The position numbers were made by a program, and so were the translations under genes. From positions 13,875,807 through 13,939,806 of the forward strand of contig NC_134031.1 in assembly GCF_964204645.1 (NCBI RefSeq): DNA of 64,000 nucleotides. Reading direction: 5' to 3'. Positions 38,423-51,377 of the stretch are shown here, piece after piece. A model generated the notes under the pieces. That model ran no database searches and had not been told where the DNA came from. It was given only the letters and a program-made list of their open reading frames with translations. Position 1 is the first letter of the stretch. Each line of letters opens with the position of its first letter. The DNA comes from Tubulanus polymorphus (lineage: Eukaryota; Animalia; Nemertea).

Positions 38423-39859
38423 ATGCAGTGGTCAATGACAATCCTGTATCCCCCTAGTCAGGAATACAACACTAGATCGACATAATTACCATTTTCTTAC
38501 TATCAGGATTCGACATCAAACCCATGATTGACAGGTTTTCACTTGATCATGATACCATCGATGGATATAAATTGACAGCTGAACAGTGTTACACCAGATT
38601 GACCACAGTCCTGTCAAGTCATTAAGGGCCGAACATGGCAACTATTTTCGTAGAAATGCCCTATATGAATGATTAAATCATCATGGGCTTGCATGATTGC
38701 AAACCTTCTTGGTTTTTCTTGGGCTCTGATATTTACATACATTTAATGCAGTAATAAAATCTAGGTTCCTTTCGTATATTGGCGATATCGGTTGTTGTTT
38801 TCTTTGTTTTATGATTTTGTTTAATCGTTTTTGTTATTTCAGCAGCGCACACCAACATTGGTTGAGTGTGCGTGATCAGTCTTGAAATTGGTATTCATGC
38901 ACGGCATCGTGCTGGCAATTCAATTCATTCTTTATTGACACAATTAAAATTTCACAATAAAACTTTACTTTCACGTTTCTAAAAATTCTTTTAATTTTCT
39001 ATTCTTTTCATCGAGTGCTTGTGTTAGCGACCATTTGAAAAATCTCTGTATGAACGTTTATATTTTTCAGTTTATCTAAAACTTAAAAACCGTTTTTCTG
39101 TAAAATGAATTCTGAATTGAATTGAATTGAAGACTTGTTCCCTGTCTCTTCAGAGAGCCAGAGGGCGGTAGTCTATGGTGGCAGTATAAACTTTATCGGA
39201 CGATCGTAGTGGATTGTCATTTGAAGGAAATGCAACCTCTTCTTGCTTAATGTCTTTATTATTAAAAAAGAAAAATCATGGTTCCTATCCATTTTCGTGT
39301 TCGCATCTCTTCACCTGAAGCCACTCGAGTAAGTCACGTATTTTCTTTCAGCTGTAAATTTTTCTATACAGCAAAATTATTTCAACACGATCCGATAAGT
39401 AATCTAGCAATTATCAACATGATGATAGATTCCTTAAGACACCACAATTTTCAAATAACAACCAAAAGCTTGTACTTACTTGGTCCACGTCTACAATAAA
39501 ATCATTCCTATCCACAGTCCCTGTGTGCAACATTTCATTTAACGATATTAGACAACACTGATCACGTAGCTCTTTAAAAAGTAACCAGTTCAAAGTTCGA
39601 TTAATTCTACTACAGAAATACAAAACCACCAAGGAAGCTTTCAGTACATCCATGTCAGCCAGCCCATTTTTAGAATTTCTTTCTTGTTATCTTATAAATT
39701 CAGATTTGCAATAAATTTATTTTTCCGACAGAAATTCGACATAAAAAGTATAGTCGGCAGGAATTTGTTATTGTTTGAAACGTATTTTTGTCTGGAATTC
39801 GGCGTTGAATACGTGAATATGTGTGAAAGGGGGTACAGGATTATCATTGACTACTGCAT
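38423..39859. mobile_element. Unclassified TIR element (~1.4 kb)
   Basis: ATGCAGTGGTCAATGACAATCCTGTATCCCC / GGGGTACAGGATTATCATTGACTACTGCAT. Confidence 0.6.
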
Positions 39860-40856
39860 AAAATGAATTGAACATAATTTCATATGGACAAAATTTACAA
39901 AAAATTTCATTGAGACGCGCAGTGAGGCCATTTCGAATTATGACCAGCATTTAATGTCATGATGGTGTAACCACTCCCCTGATGAAAAAGTAGGTTCATT
40001 TCTACTGGCTTTCAAATTTTTGATACAATCCAGACATTATTTACAATGAATGTATAGCGTATATGAATGCATATATAATATGATATTTATCTGGAGTTCT
40101 CACAAATCCCATAAATCTCATTGGTTCCAGATGATGTGGATTAACCTTTAACCTGCCGGCAACTTATGTGTTAAGTCCTTTGTGTACCAGGTGATTGCAT
40201 GTTATTGAAATTTAAGGTCAAGTGCCCTCTAAATAGAATATTGAGTAAAACCTATTTTTCAAATGTGATATGTGTGTTAATGATAAGTGTGTTACTAATT
40301 TTGATTTTGGTAAAGCCATTACTGAGAAATTAGACTTTAAAGTCAGCTATTTTCGCCAGCTTCCCGTACACAGCATGTGTGCGTTTGCTGTGAAGAACCC
40401 ACAATTGCTGACGTCATTGTAGTCAAACACTTATTCCACGCACGTTGTACTACTGAAGAGTAACAAACTTGGTGCCCTTTATGAATAGCGAATCTATGGC
40501 AAACTAATAGATAACTTTATTATGCTTCTTATTGCAGTCTGAATGTTAGAATCTTTATCAAAAGCCCAAAATATCAAATTTATGGGGCGTTTTTGAGGTC
40601 AAAATATCAAAATTTAAAATTATTTCCACGTTTGGATTCTCGAGTATTGGCAGTTGGCATGCATAAATAACTATGGCTCAATGTGCAGCGCAGCGCATGA
40701 GACATGAAATCAAACTTTCCATGCAAGCTATCTAAGATAGGTAGAGCTGTCGCCTACAGCAGTTTGCCAGTGAGTAGACTGCAGCTGCCTACGGCAAGTT
40801 AAGGGGTCTTATGTAGTTCTCACCTTTTCTCACTTGGCCATTTTATCTACTTTCAG

Positions 40857-40941
40857 GGTAAACGCCCGGTGACATTGATAGGGTTCAGTCTTGGTGCTAG
40901 ATTGATATTTTCCTGCCTCATCGAAATGGCCAAAAGAAAAG
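40857..40941 (+). CDS. TMCO4: TMCO4 coding exon (GxSxG motif)
   Basis: tttcag|GGT...AAAG|gtaaat. Encodes GKRPVTLIGFSLGARLIFSCLIEMAKRK. Confidence 0.95.
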
Positions 40942-42016
40942 GTAAATCATGCACTTCTTTTTTCGAATGATATTTTACTGCGCAATGAGTTCAACAATAA
41001 AATTTGAACAAAGATTAATGAGGAATAGTAAAATCCTACGATTCATGTTCAAAATGCTGATATAAGCAACAGCCGACACATGAAATTTTACCATTCAACT
41101 ATAAACTTATTTATGGTTGATATTTTTTGCTATCTGTTTTACTCTGTTCATAATTATGTGTATCGCATGCTATGAATGTACTCATCGGAATCTCAATTCT
41201 CTACCACAAAACCGCTCAGATTCTACTTCCGAAGAAGGTACTGCGAAGCAATATTCATTGTAGTCAAGTTTCTTCATTTCTGAGCTATGAATTATGATAT
41301 TATTGATTTTTCCATTATCGATTTTGTGTATGTAAACCCATGTTTACACGAGACATTTGCTCTCAAATATTTCAAAGTATGAAAAAACGGAAGGCACTAT
41401 AAGCCACGTTCACACTATGATATTCAAAACAGTCTAAATTGTGCCAAACATTTGCTCTGGCGGAAAGTCCATGCTTTTGTAACGGGTTCTTTCCTGATTA
41501 AGACCAAGGGTGATTACAGCTTGTTTTGGAAAATTGGTGTATTAGCACACAGCGCTGATTTGTTGCATTCTTAATTGGTCAATTCCAGTCCAGGTACTGG
41601 TCAAATTAGAATGGACGAACTAACGTTAGTGTGAACATGACACAGTTTTTGAGCTCTTGCAACCAACCGCTTTTGTCATGTGATGACACCATGTTGGTGG
41701 TCAAACTTGAGAGGCCCCTAATACTGGTATAATGTCGTAGTTATTTTTGGCAATTTGACCAAAGCATGTCAGTTAGCTATCGCATTAAACGTGTTATTGC
41801 TGTGTTAGGAATCACTTTAAAAATCTAATACACTGGTGCTCCAAAACTATCATGGCTGTTTTCGTGATGAATGATGATGCATGTTTGTCAACCAACACAG
41901 CATTGTCAAACGAATGACTAGTGGTACTCTGATCGGTGAAGTGTGAGGGGGGTACAGCCTAAACATCTCATGTAAACATGTGACATACCAGGTTTGTCTA
42001 CATTTGTATGTATATT

Positions 42017-44980
42017 CAGTCAAGCCCACTAAACTGATACAATGTTGGACATGAACGAGGTTGTGTTAGAAATTCCCCCATGGATTAGATATACAGGGTG
42101 TCTCAAAAAATGTGTTACCATATCTTAGAAATTAATTATCCATTAACTATAATTGAAATAGATTTTTTGGGGGTAAGGTTGGTAGACCTGGATGTTTACT
42201 CAAGGATTAAATGTTAAAATGCAAGAAATAAGTCATGCATGGGTGAGCATACCATGTTTTTGAATGGTCCTTAAAATGGAATCAAACCAATACAAGAAAA
42301 AAGGATTATTGCATTATATACGATTATTGATATGTTCCGCTTTAACTTCAACCAATTTGAGACCTGGCAATTAAATCAACTGAAGCAGATTTCTACTTGA
42401 TAAAATTGTTGGTACTCGTGACTAATTAAGCTTCTCTGGGACTTGTTCAATATCATCACCATTTTACCAATGCACAGTTAAGCTTAACGTTGAATTTTGA
42501 TACATCAGATTCAGTATTTCTCAAAATCTGTTACTTTCTGGATGCTAAGTCCTTGATTCCTGCTGATGGTCTTTTGAATTACTTGGTTTTTACATTTCCA
42601 GACAGGAAAAAGTCACAAGGAGTGAAATTCAATGATTTTGTGATTTTAAATCAATTTTCCAACAGGCAGGTGGTCATTTTACAATAGACGTACACAACAG
42701 AACAATCCTCAAATTCGGTGTGACACCATTTTAATGCTAGTGCTCAGCCATGCATTATTTATTTTTTGCATTTCAACATTTCATTCTCAAGTAAACATCC
42801 AGGTCTACCAACTTAACCCCCCAAAATAATAATTAGAATCATAGTGAACTCTTCATTACCACTTGTGACGTATATTTACGTCGCAAATAATGATCTTCTC
42901 TCACCATGCGTGATGTATATTTACGTCGCAAATATATGCGTTTACTACAATCGCTGGTGTGGTGTGTCATAACGCTGATGGCGTGTAGCCGTACTGTATG
43001 CTTGTCTGCTTCAATTTAGTTCCAATTTTTACTCATAGATGGATGATTTGTACCTCTAACAGCCTCTAATACCGAATTTATTTCAATTGAATGATGCCAT
43101 TGGGTTCGAATCCTGGTGAGGTACGTTACATTATCTGTGGTAGTGAACTGACACTTTTTTAAAGATTTTCTACTTTTTACACTAAACGATATATTATAGT
43201 ATACAATAAGACTAGGTGATTTCATAATCGGAAAAATCTTTTCAATCTAGTCAGAATTGATGATTTTGATGTTCGCGCACCTGTTCAGTGTATAAATTGC
43301 TTCTGCTGAACGCGTGGTACTGTGTCTATTAATAGAACTACGTCACTAAAGTGACGGCTCGCAAATGATGTCTATAGAAATGAATAGGAAATAAGCTACA
43401 AGAGCAATTCAACTTAATTTTTTACCTATTTGGCATTCGAATTGAGACAAAATGCCTCTTGATTTTGAAAGTCTACATATTAATGATTATAATTAGATGT
43501 TGAACGGACCATATCTGTTCAAACTTAAGCTCAAAAATAGGATTTGAATAGCAATCCAAGGCATTTTCTAGTAGACAGCAAGGAACACGAATGTTTAAAT
43601 CATCGTTTTGTATTATCACTTAGTGATAGTAAGTAAGATTATGGTTAGATCTAAGAATATTTTGACTTATGAACTGATGAAACTTACAGAATTAGCCGCA
43701 AGAACAATTTCAATTCTTGAAATATACCTCGTATTGGTAGCGGCTTTGGTCACAAAATTAGAATATTTCCTCATCCATCCTATTTTAAAACTTAGAAATA
43801 ATGTTTGTGAAAGATTTGTGATGTAATCTATCAAAACTCTTCTGCAGCGTGAAACTTTAATCGAAAAACATTATTCCTTTGAATATTTGTTGTAAAGGCT
43901 GTAGAAATTTATGAAAGTTTTTGTAGAGTTTTGAAGTGTTAGTTTTCAAACTACTTAGTCTTAAATTACTATGAAAAATAGTAAATAGTAAACGAATATG
44001 AATCTATTTATTCTTTAGCGAGATCGAAATCTGTGATCGCTTATAAGACACTGTGCTTGTGGTGCTGAACTATAGGTGAACTATGGAGCAGCAGTAACAG
44101 TGCTGAGAGCTCAGCATAGTGTACTTTAATAGCTCCATAGCATAGGTTTATGCAATAGACAATAGATCCTTTTACCTCCCTGGCCAGTTTAAAAGCTGTA
44201 AAACAATCTGGCATTGAGATTTAACAGAAAATACACGCAGTTTCCTCAAAATTCAACGCATTTCTATAGACGCTATTTCTCAGCTCTGCCTGTAATGACG
44301 TTGCAGCGCGCACCTGCTGATTTAGCCGACGCTGAACAGTAAGCGATGTAAACAACGAAATGAGGTCAAAATCTTGTTACAAAATCACAAATTGTGCGTA
44401 AACTAAACATTTTGGAACAGAACGGTTGAATATGAGTGTATAGATCTATAGAATACATCATATTTTGAAATAAAAAAGTGTCAGTTACCCTTTAATGAAT
44501 TAGAAACCTTAAGGCAAAGGGGTAACACATTTTCTGAGACCCCCTGTACATGGGTCAGTTCATACAAATTTACGAAACAGTGGAAAAGAATAAAGGCAGA
44601 TGTGATGGGAACAATGGTTTTTGCATGAAATAAGTAAATAAGCAAAACGTCAAAAGATATTGTCAATTTTTTCTGTATTCACTCTGAGTGGATATTTGCT
44701 AAGATCCGTAAAGGTCAGTAATACTGTGGCAATGTTCATCTATAGTAGCTGGAAATGTCTGTAAATTCAAACCATCAGACTTAGAATTATCTGCAATGAC
44801 AATTCCACTCCATGTACTTTAGCTTGAATTCAAACAAATGAATGGATTCTGAACATTCGGAATGAGAAACAACTTATCACTAAATCCGACTTAAATGGAT
44901 GACTTAAATGTCTTTATTGAATGAGATGTAGAGTCAGTGCATATGTCAAAATCCCGAACCGACTTAAACGGGCTTGACTG
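42017..44980. mobile_element. Tigger-like TIR element containing nested elements
   Basis: CAGTCAAGCCC (42017) / GGGCTTGACTG-TA (44980). Confidence 0.5.
42094..44546. mobile_element. Tc1/mariner-type MITE with long TIRs, right TIR interrupted
   Basis: TA-CAGGGTGTCTCAAAAAATGTGTTACC / GGTAACACATTTTCTGAGACCCCCTG-TA. The inner arm ~42165-42250 is inverted at ~42740-42828. Confidence 0.7.
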
Positions 44981-46038
44981 TATTAAGTATTGATGGTCTA
45001 TAATGAAGTAAAAGAAATTAATTTTTAGAATTTGGTTAAGCTTTGTTGGTTATGTTTTCCATTTATAATTATGTCATAGTCTGCATTTGTTCTTGAAATT
45101 ATATATGTTATTTACATAATTATATGCATGTCATTCAAGTTATTCATTTATATTTTGGAAGTAGATATTATGAGGATGCCGCGTTATTTTTGTTAACATC
45201 ATTATGCTATCCTATATGTTATTATATATATGTGCGTAATAAGATAAACTGATGAAAATAAGAAATATATTACTATGATTTAAGGTTCGTTCGTTTTAAG
45301 GTTAATGGTTCATTTTAGGACTGTAAATGGTTTAAACATTTAGTGGTTAGCAACAGGCCTCGGTCCATTTGGGTAGATTTACTGAACTCGATTGGCTCGA
45401 TGCACATGTGTGATCTAAAAAGTCAATCAGTATGAGTTGTTGGCATAATTAGTCGAATGAATCTAATCCATGTCAACTCTGTAAATAGATGAAAAGCTCT
45501 ATTATATGAATATTTTATATGAAAGTATGTGGTTTAGTTTTGAAAGTAAATTTTATCATATAACATTCTTTATGGCACTTTTTCATCTATCGGCATAATA
45601 GTGTTAGTAAGAAGAGTAATATCTACTTCCTTGTATTTATATTTAGTCTGTACGTGTGTATCAATCTCAATTTACTTTATTCAGTATATCTGAATCCTTA
45701 GAGCCAGTTCCACAAAGGTTTTAATGTTAGTATGGATTTGATTTCATGTTTACCCAATACAAAATTACAAAAGCCAGTTTAAACATCATCCCATCATAAC
45801 AGTAAGTGTGTACTGTAAAATTTTAAGCCATATTTAAGTAGTACCAGTAATTGGTAAGGACTCCCATGAATTGCACCACCCCATATCTTTGAAATTTCCA
45901 AGTATGGTGTTTCTTTTTTGAACATTGCAATGTACCAAAAACCGAATACCGCCTCCTTTCAACATCTTGGCTAGGAAAGAGACATCCCCTCCTTATATAA
46001 GATCATCTTACTAATGAATTTTTCAATAATATTTGTAG

Positions 46039-46156
46039 GAAGTGAAGGAATTGTTGAGGATGTGATTTTATTGGGAGCTCCAATAACAGGGGATCTTAAA
46101 CAATGGTCTTTATTGTCAAAAGTTGTATCAGGACGTATTGTTAATGGTTATTGCAG
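46039..46156 (+). CDS. TMCO4: TMCO4 coding exon
   Basis: ttgtag|GA...TGCAG|gtaatc. Encodes GSEGIVEDVILLGAPITGDLKQWSLLSKVVSGRIVNGYC(R). Confidence 0.95.
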
Positions 46157-47214
46157 GTAATCCTTTTTCAATTAAGAGTCCTTACTTGAGACATAGCCCC
46201 AGTGGGTTATTGCATTTACTTTTCATCCATTGTCCATCTGAAGAGATGAAGCTCATGTTTTATGATTGTGACAAGTTTAATGGTCATTGGTTTCTGCATA
46301 TGCTCACCAGGTTGTGTTGTACAGTATAATTACATGGTTTTATACTGGTATATTGGAACCTAGGTATATTCTGTAATCACAATCAATTGCAATTTTTTAG
46401 CTCATGACATGAGTTATGATTGTGGTGAGTTTTAAGGTCATCAGTTCCGGTATTAGTTCATCAGGGATGTTGAATATTGAAGGATGGTCAAGCATTTCAC
46501 TGAATACTGGTAGGCATGTGTCCCTGGACCTAAACCATACATCCTATACAACTGTACAGACCTATAAAATTCGTCCGTATCCATTACGTCTTTTTCATTA
46601 AAAAAGATCGTCAGTACGGGAGTACGGTCAATAATGTATAAGTACGTTTTTCTTTTCAAATCAGCAAAATACAATTTTTTTCACCAAAAAATCTCAAGAA
46701 ATTACACTACGTGTTGAGAGTCATAAAGATGATTAAAGCCAGCTGTTTCTGCATGTTTATTCCTTTAGATAAAGATTAGAACATATTGATTGAGATATTA
46801 AAATACTGAAAATGTTGCTAAAGAAAATGTTACTAAAAATGGGTACAAAATACTGGGGGAAAAAAACGGAATCTGTTTTAAGAAAGTCCGATCAGTTTTC
46901 CATGTGAAGTCCATGTCTTGTCAAGTACTTGATGTCATCCAGCAAGATATACTTTGGATAACTGCCAACTCTGCCCTCTGCCCTGATTTTTGCGATTGTA
47001 AGATTTTTATATTTTTTTAATGGGATAGTTTTTATATTCATCTAACTTTTAAGGGGTAATCATTGTTAAAACGGGTTGCAATGGTACAGGGAAAGATCAT
47101 AAACCTTTCCTTTGATTACTGGACCACTGAACCCGGTATCCTATAATTTTTTTTTTGGATGTTATGGATCTCAACAGAGTCACCATCTATATATTAGATT
47201 CCAATGCAGTTGAA

Positions 47215-48357
47215 TCTATACTATAAAGCAGAACGGACGTTATTTACCACGACACATTATAGGGAAATTAATGCATTTATTGAAACGTCCTTTTACTGAT
47301 GCTTAACCCCAGTTTTCCCGTCATCAATTTACATGTTTCAAACAGATTGGTGGTCCGAGAGGGTCACAATATTCATTCTAAGCCCAGGCTAAAATTCGGT
47401 TAAAAAAGATGTGTTTGCCATCTAACAGTAAAGTACCATACTATGCTTCTGTAGTAGTACTATAGTAATTTACTGACCTGCAGCATCAGAACAGTACATG
47501 ACACAGTTCTCTCAACACTGATTTGTGCCTCAGTTGTTTAAAACATTGGTTAAGACATTCATCACACGTAATCTTTGGATCAAAATTGATATGATTGGAC
47601 TTAGCGTTATGTTCTGACCGTGTTGCCGGCCCATACGCAGCGTCTCAGAATGGTTCTTGAAGGGGGACAGGCCCATTGTGCAGTTTTTCAGAATGGTTCC
47701 ATACCACAGATAGGTTACTGGCAGATTGGGAGGCCCAAACGCAGCCTCTCGGAATGGCTCTGGGGCTGCCGATGCATGCGTTCGTGGTAAATTTCATAAG
47801 AGAGCTTTCAAATACATGTAGTACATACAGATTTTGGGGAAGGGTAAACAAATATAAAACTTTCAAAGCAAAATGTACGTACTATTCTGACAGGAGCTGT
47901 CTTAAGAAAATGTATGTATATATGAGAGATTTCAAAAAATAATGTCAAACAGTAATACAAATTACAGAATCCTAATATCATCGTCGAGCGACTATCTCGG
48001 CAATTTTCAATTAATAGTCCCTCAATTTAAGCATAATCATGCATTTCGTTGGTCGAATTTGTTGGCTTTTCAAATGAACGTACGGGTGGTGTGGTCAATA
48101 TAGAAAGTACAAAGATCGAATGAGGAGGGGCCTAAAAACGGCTCGGGCAGAATTTTCTGTTAGTTATTTGAATGATAGGGTTTGTACCACTGACAGGTCA
48201 GGCAGGGTAGGGGAGGTGTGGGGTTGGTTCCAACAAGAATTCTAAACATGTGAAGCATTTAGATTTATTTCCCGGCCAATTAATGAATGATTTTCATTAG
48301 CAAAAAATAACAAGATTCTGCATTTACGCGCCGTCCACTGGACGGGTATTCAGCTAG
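47215..48357 (+). mobile_element. Non-autonomous Helitron
   Basis: A|TCTATACTATAAAG 5' end. 3' hairpin CCGTCCACTGGACGG (48331-48345) then CTAG|T at 48354-48357. No TSD. The 5' boundary is less certain than the 3'. Confidence 0.72.
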
Positions 48358-48406
48358 TTATGTTTATAAAGATATAAAGTTTTATAAATGTTCTTTTTTT
48401 GTTCAG

Positions 48407-48524
48407 GGGAGATTGGTTTCTGAAGTTTTTGTATCGTACAACTAACGTTCAGTTGAATATTGCCGGTTTACGCCCAGTGAAGTGGGATAACAGAAGAATG
48501 TGTAACATCGACCTCAGTGATGTG
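48407..48524 (+). CDS. TMCO4: TMCO4 coding exon
   Basis: gttcag|G...GTG|gtaaat. Encodes GDWFLKFLYRTTNVQLNIAGLRPVKWDNRRMCNIDLSDV. Confidence 0.95.
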
Positions 48525-48970
48525 GTAAATACTCACCACCAGAAAAATTTAGCCAATGCCCGGTCAAAATAGATAATCCAAACATATCCTAAACGAGATG
48601 AGTAAATTGAGTGTTTGATGACACCTGCCATCTTGAACACCACTGTCGATGTCATAATTCATCATCACGGGATTCCTGATGACTGCTGGTGCCCCTCTTT
48701 GTCGGGGTAGTACAGTGATTCAAAAGGCCCGTAACTTGAAGCGCACCATCCGGTAGTCATCGAATCGGGCCTTTTTTGTTCGTTTATTGGTTCACTCATC
48801 AATTAGAAATGTTAGGGTTGAGGTACTGAATGCATTTGAAATCGTGGGAAGCATAGTGAAATGTCTTTTGGCTTGATACCTACACGACCTTCCTATTTAT
48901 CAGAATTAACTAAGTCTACATAATCAAACTTGTCTGGGACCTTGAATCAATTGTGTTGAATTACTTTCAG

Positions 48971-49477
48971 GTAATTGGGCATCGAGATTACCCGGAGAAA
49001 ATGACAGAAATTCTACAAATCGTCGGAGTACGCACCAAGTCACCGATTGAACGCGCCTCGCCATCATTACCGCATGTCGCGTCACCCGTTACTGCAACAG
49101 ATGAGAAACTGTCAGTTAAAAACAATTTGAGCGATTTTCGACTCGAAAGGGCAGAGGAAGCTTTCGAATGTGCTGCGAATAAAACAAATGATGAGGTGAC
49201 CGATGATTCGTTAGAAAAAAATATGGTAAATCGACCTAATGGGAACTGTTCAATTGAGACAGTGGTTGATTCGGAAACCGCGTTTGAAAACTGCCGAGAA
49301 ACTAGTGTTGAAACATTGAAATCAGGAGAAGCAGATGGGGAACTGGCGAATGTTGCGATATCCTGTCTACAATTAAACTGTGATGACGCTCAAATAGATA
49401 CTCATTTGAATTCCATATCCAACAGTTGCGATGATGAGAATATTCATCTAAAAGATGTAAAGGCGAAATCAGATTAA
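48971..49477 (+). CDS. TMCO4: TMCO4 terminal coding exon
   Basis: tttcag|GTA ATT GGG CAT. Encodes VIGHRDYPEKMTEILQIVGVRTK (cf. SGHLDYAKQMDAILKAVGIRTK), then an acidic low-complexity tail to TAA at 49475-49477. Confidence 0.92.
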   Translation, partial: VIGHRDYPEKMTEILQIVGVRTKSPIERASPSLPHVASPVTATDEKLSVKNNLSDFRLERAEEAFECAANKTNDEVTDDSLEKNMVNRPNGNCSIETVVDSETAFENCRETSVETLKSGEADGELANVAISCLQLNCDDAQIDTHLNSISNSCDDENIHLKDVKAKSD

Positions 49478-50012
49478 ATGATTTAGGACTGATGATCCGA
49501 TTCCACAGTTTTGAGTTAGAATTTACTCTTGAGTTAGAAAAATGAAAATGAATTGATTTCGACTGTCAGTTAACTAAAACTCACGACTGTGGGACTGGAT
49601 CCTTGTTCTACAGTTTGGAGTTAGATATACTCTTTTTTGAGTTAAAACATGTTGAAATGAGTTCATTTCCATGATTTACACATGTAACTGGAAAAAGTAA
49701 AATTTTAACTGAAACTATAGAACTGGTTTCTGTCGTGTACATTAAATCCTGTGATTTTACATTGAAATCTATTTTCAAACAGTTATCATACCTGTTTTTG
49801 TATTGTGTTCAAAAGGTGCTTTTATTAGTTTTTCCTCCACGTTTCTTTAGACTATTTCTAGATTGATTATGTTTCAAAGTTTAGATTCTCTTAAACTACT
49901 TTAAATTCAAGTGCCAATGATCTTTCAAAAATAACTGAGGCCTCAGTTTCACAAGACAACTTGGAATCAATTTGGGTGGGTGGAAGTTATAAAAATGAGA
50001 GTTTATTGTTTT

Positions 50013-50484
50013 CAGAGTTGCCTATTCTCCGGAATTCCGGATTTAAAAAAAATCCAATTTCATTTCCGGATTTTCGGGAGAAGTCAAATAACCACAAAAG
50101 AAAACATCGCGAAAAAAATAAAAATCAATTCGGGATTCGACCCTTAACATCAAAACGTGACGGCTCCGTAGAGGGTTCGAAAAAGCCGTATTGTGCTGCC
50201 ACGTAGTGGCAACAACCCTGCAGTACACGATTAAACCAAGATGACGCGACGATCGAAATCGACTGACGCTTCGTTTGTTTTTGGCTCTGGTTTATATATG
50301 AGGTGTATTTGACGGAACCAATCGCTATTTGAAAAAATGATCTATAGGCGGTAATGAAAGTGAGGCCTATAACGCGTATTGCGCCAGAACGCATCTCCTG
50401 GCGTTCTAATTTTGAAAAATTTTCCGGGGGACGGCCCCCAGACTTATTTTCCGGATTTTTAGCTTCACATAAGTGGCAACTCTG
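50013..50484. mobile_element. hAT-like MITE
   Basis: TIR CAGAGTTGCC / GGCAACTCTG, with TGTTTT on both flanks. Confidence 0.65.
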
Positions 50485-50668
50485 TGTTTTATACCTTATG
50501 ATTTTATTCATGACAGAATGAAATTTTGTGAATCTGTGTCCTGGCAAGCGATCTGTTCGTCCGACAGCTGAAAAATGTGCGTGAAGTGAAAAATGTGTAT
50601 TTCCTTGCATGAAGGACCTGTATACATTGTAAATGACTCAATTGAAAAGCTCTTACTTAATTGTCTTA

Positions 50669-51377
50669 AGGCTGGCTTATGTCGACAAGGGACTCAACGC
50701 CTACCGATGCAACTGGGTTTATCGCTGATTGGCGGCAACTATCGGCCTACGAGAGGTCGCCAGTTGCTGCTATATCAGTTTGACATGAGCTAGCTTGCAA
50801 CGGCAACCCGATGCCTACCGACTCATCGTATCTAGCCAGTTGCCCATATTCTCTCTGGCCTACGGTAGGCGGACAGTTGCTTTCGATCGCAACCGACATA
50901 AGCCCATATGCGACGCGACGGAACTGAGTGCAGGAAATCCAGCCAATCAGAGACCGAAGATAGGTAGTACAAATTTTGACTGCTAGTTTGCGTTATTAGT
51001 ATCTTGTCACAATCTTTCAATTTCAAGTAGCTTCAAACGCAAACCTTCAGCACAGCTCTAGAAACGAAATCGGTAGAATATGGGGTGAGCAGCCTTCTTT
51101 ATATGATGTTGCTAGCACATTGTATTAAAAAAAGAAGTAGAAAGATACAGATCTATGAAAAATAGCTTTTCAACTATAATGATAAAATGCTTATCACGTA
51201 ACCATGTGAGCCGATGCAGTTGCCCGTGATCGTAACTGACATAAGCAGGGAAGCAACTGGGAGGATCTCGTATCCTGCTAGTCAGCCTCAGTTGCTGTGA
51301 ATTAGGGCGCAGTCGACATAAGCTGGGCTCCGTAGGAGTCGGTAGGCGTCGCATCGCTTGTCAACATAAGCCAGCCT
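50669..51377. mobile_element. PIF/Harbinger-type MITE
   Basis: TIR AGGCTGGCTTATGTCGACAAG / CTTGTCAACATAAGCCAGCCT with TTA flanks. Confidence 0.8.

Larger units (their letters stand above)
16222..49477 (+). other. TMCO4: TMCO4 gene span (11 identified coding exons; 5'-most coding exon not identified)
   Basis: Exons 16222-16357, 20218-20275, 23885-24029, 25651-25783, 26961-27322, 36953-37114, 38143-38279, 40857-40941, 46039-46156, 48407-48524 and 48971-49477 all have AG/GT boundaries and compatible phases. They join into one ORF of ~650 codons collinear with vertebrate TMCO4 as I recall it. Confidence 0.93.
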
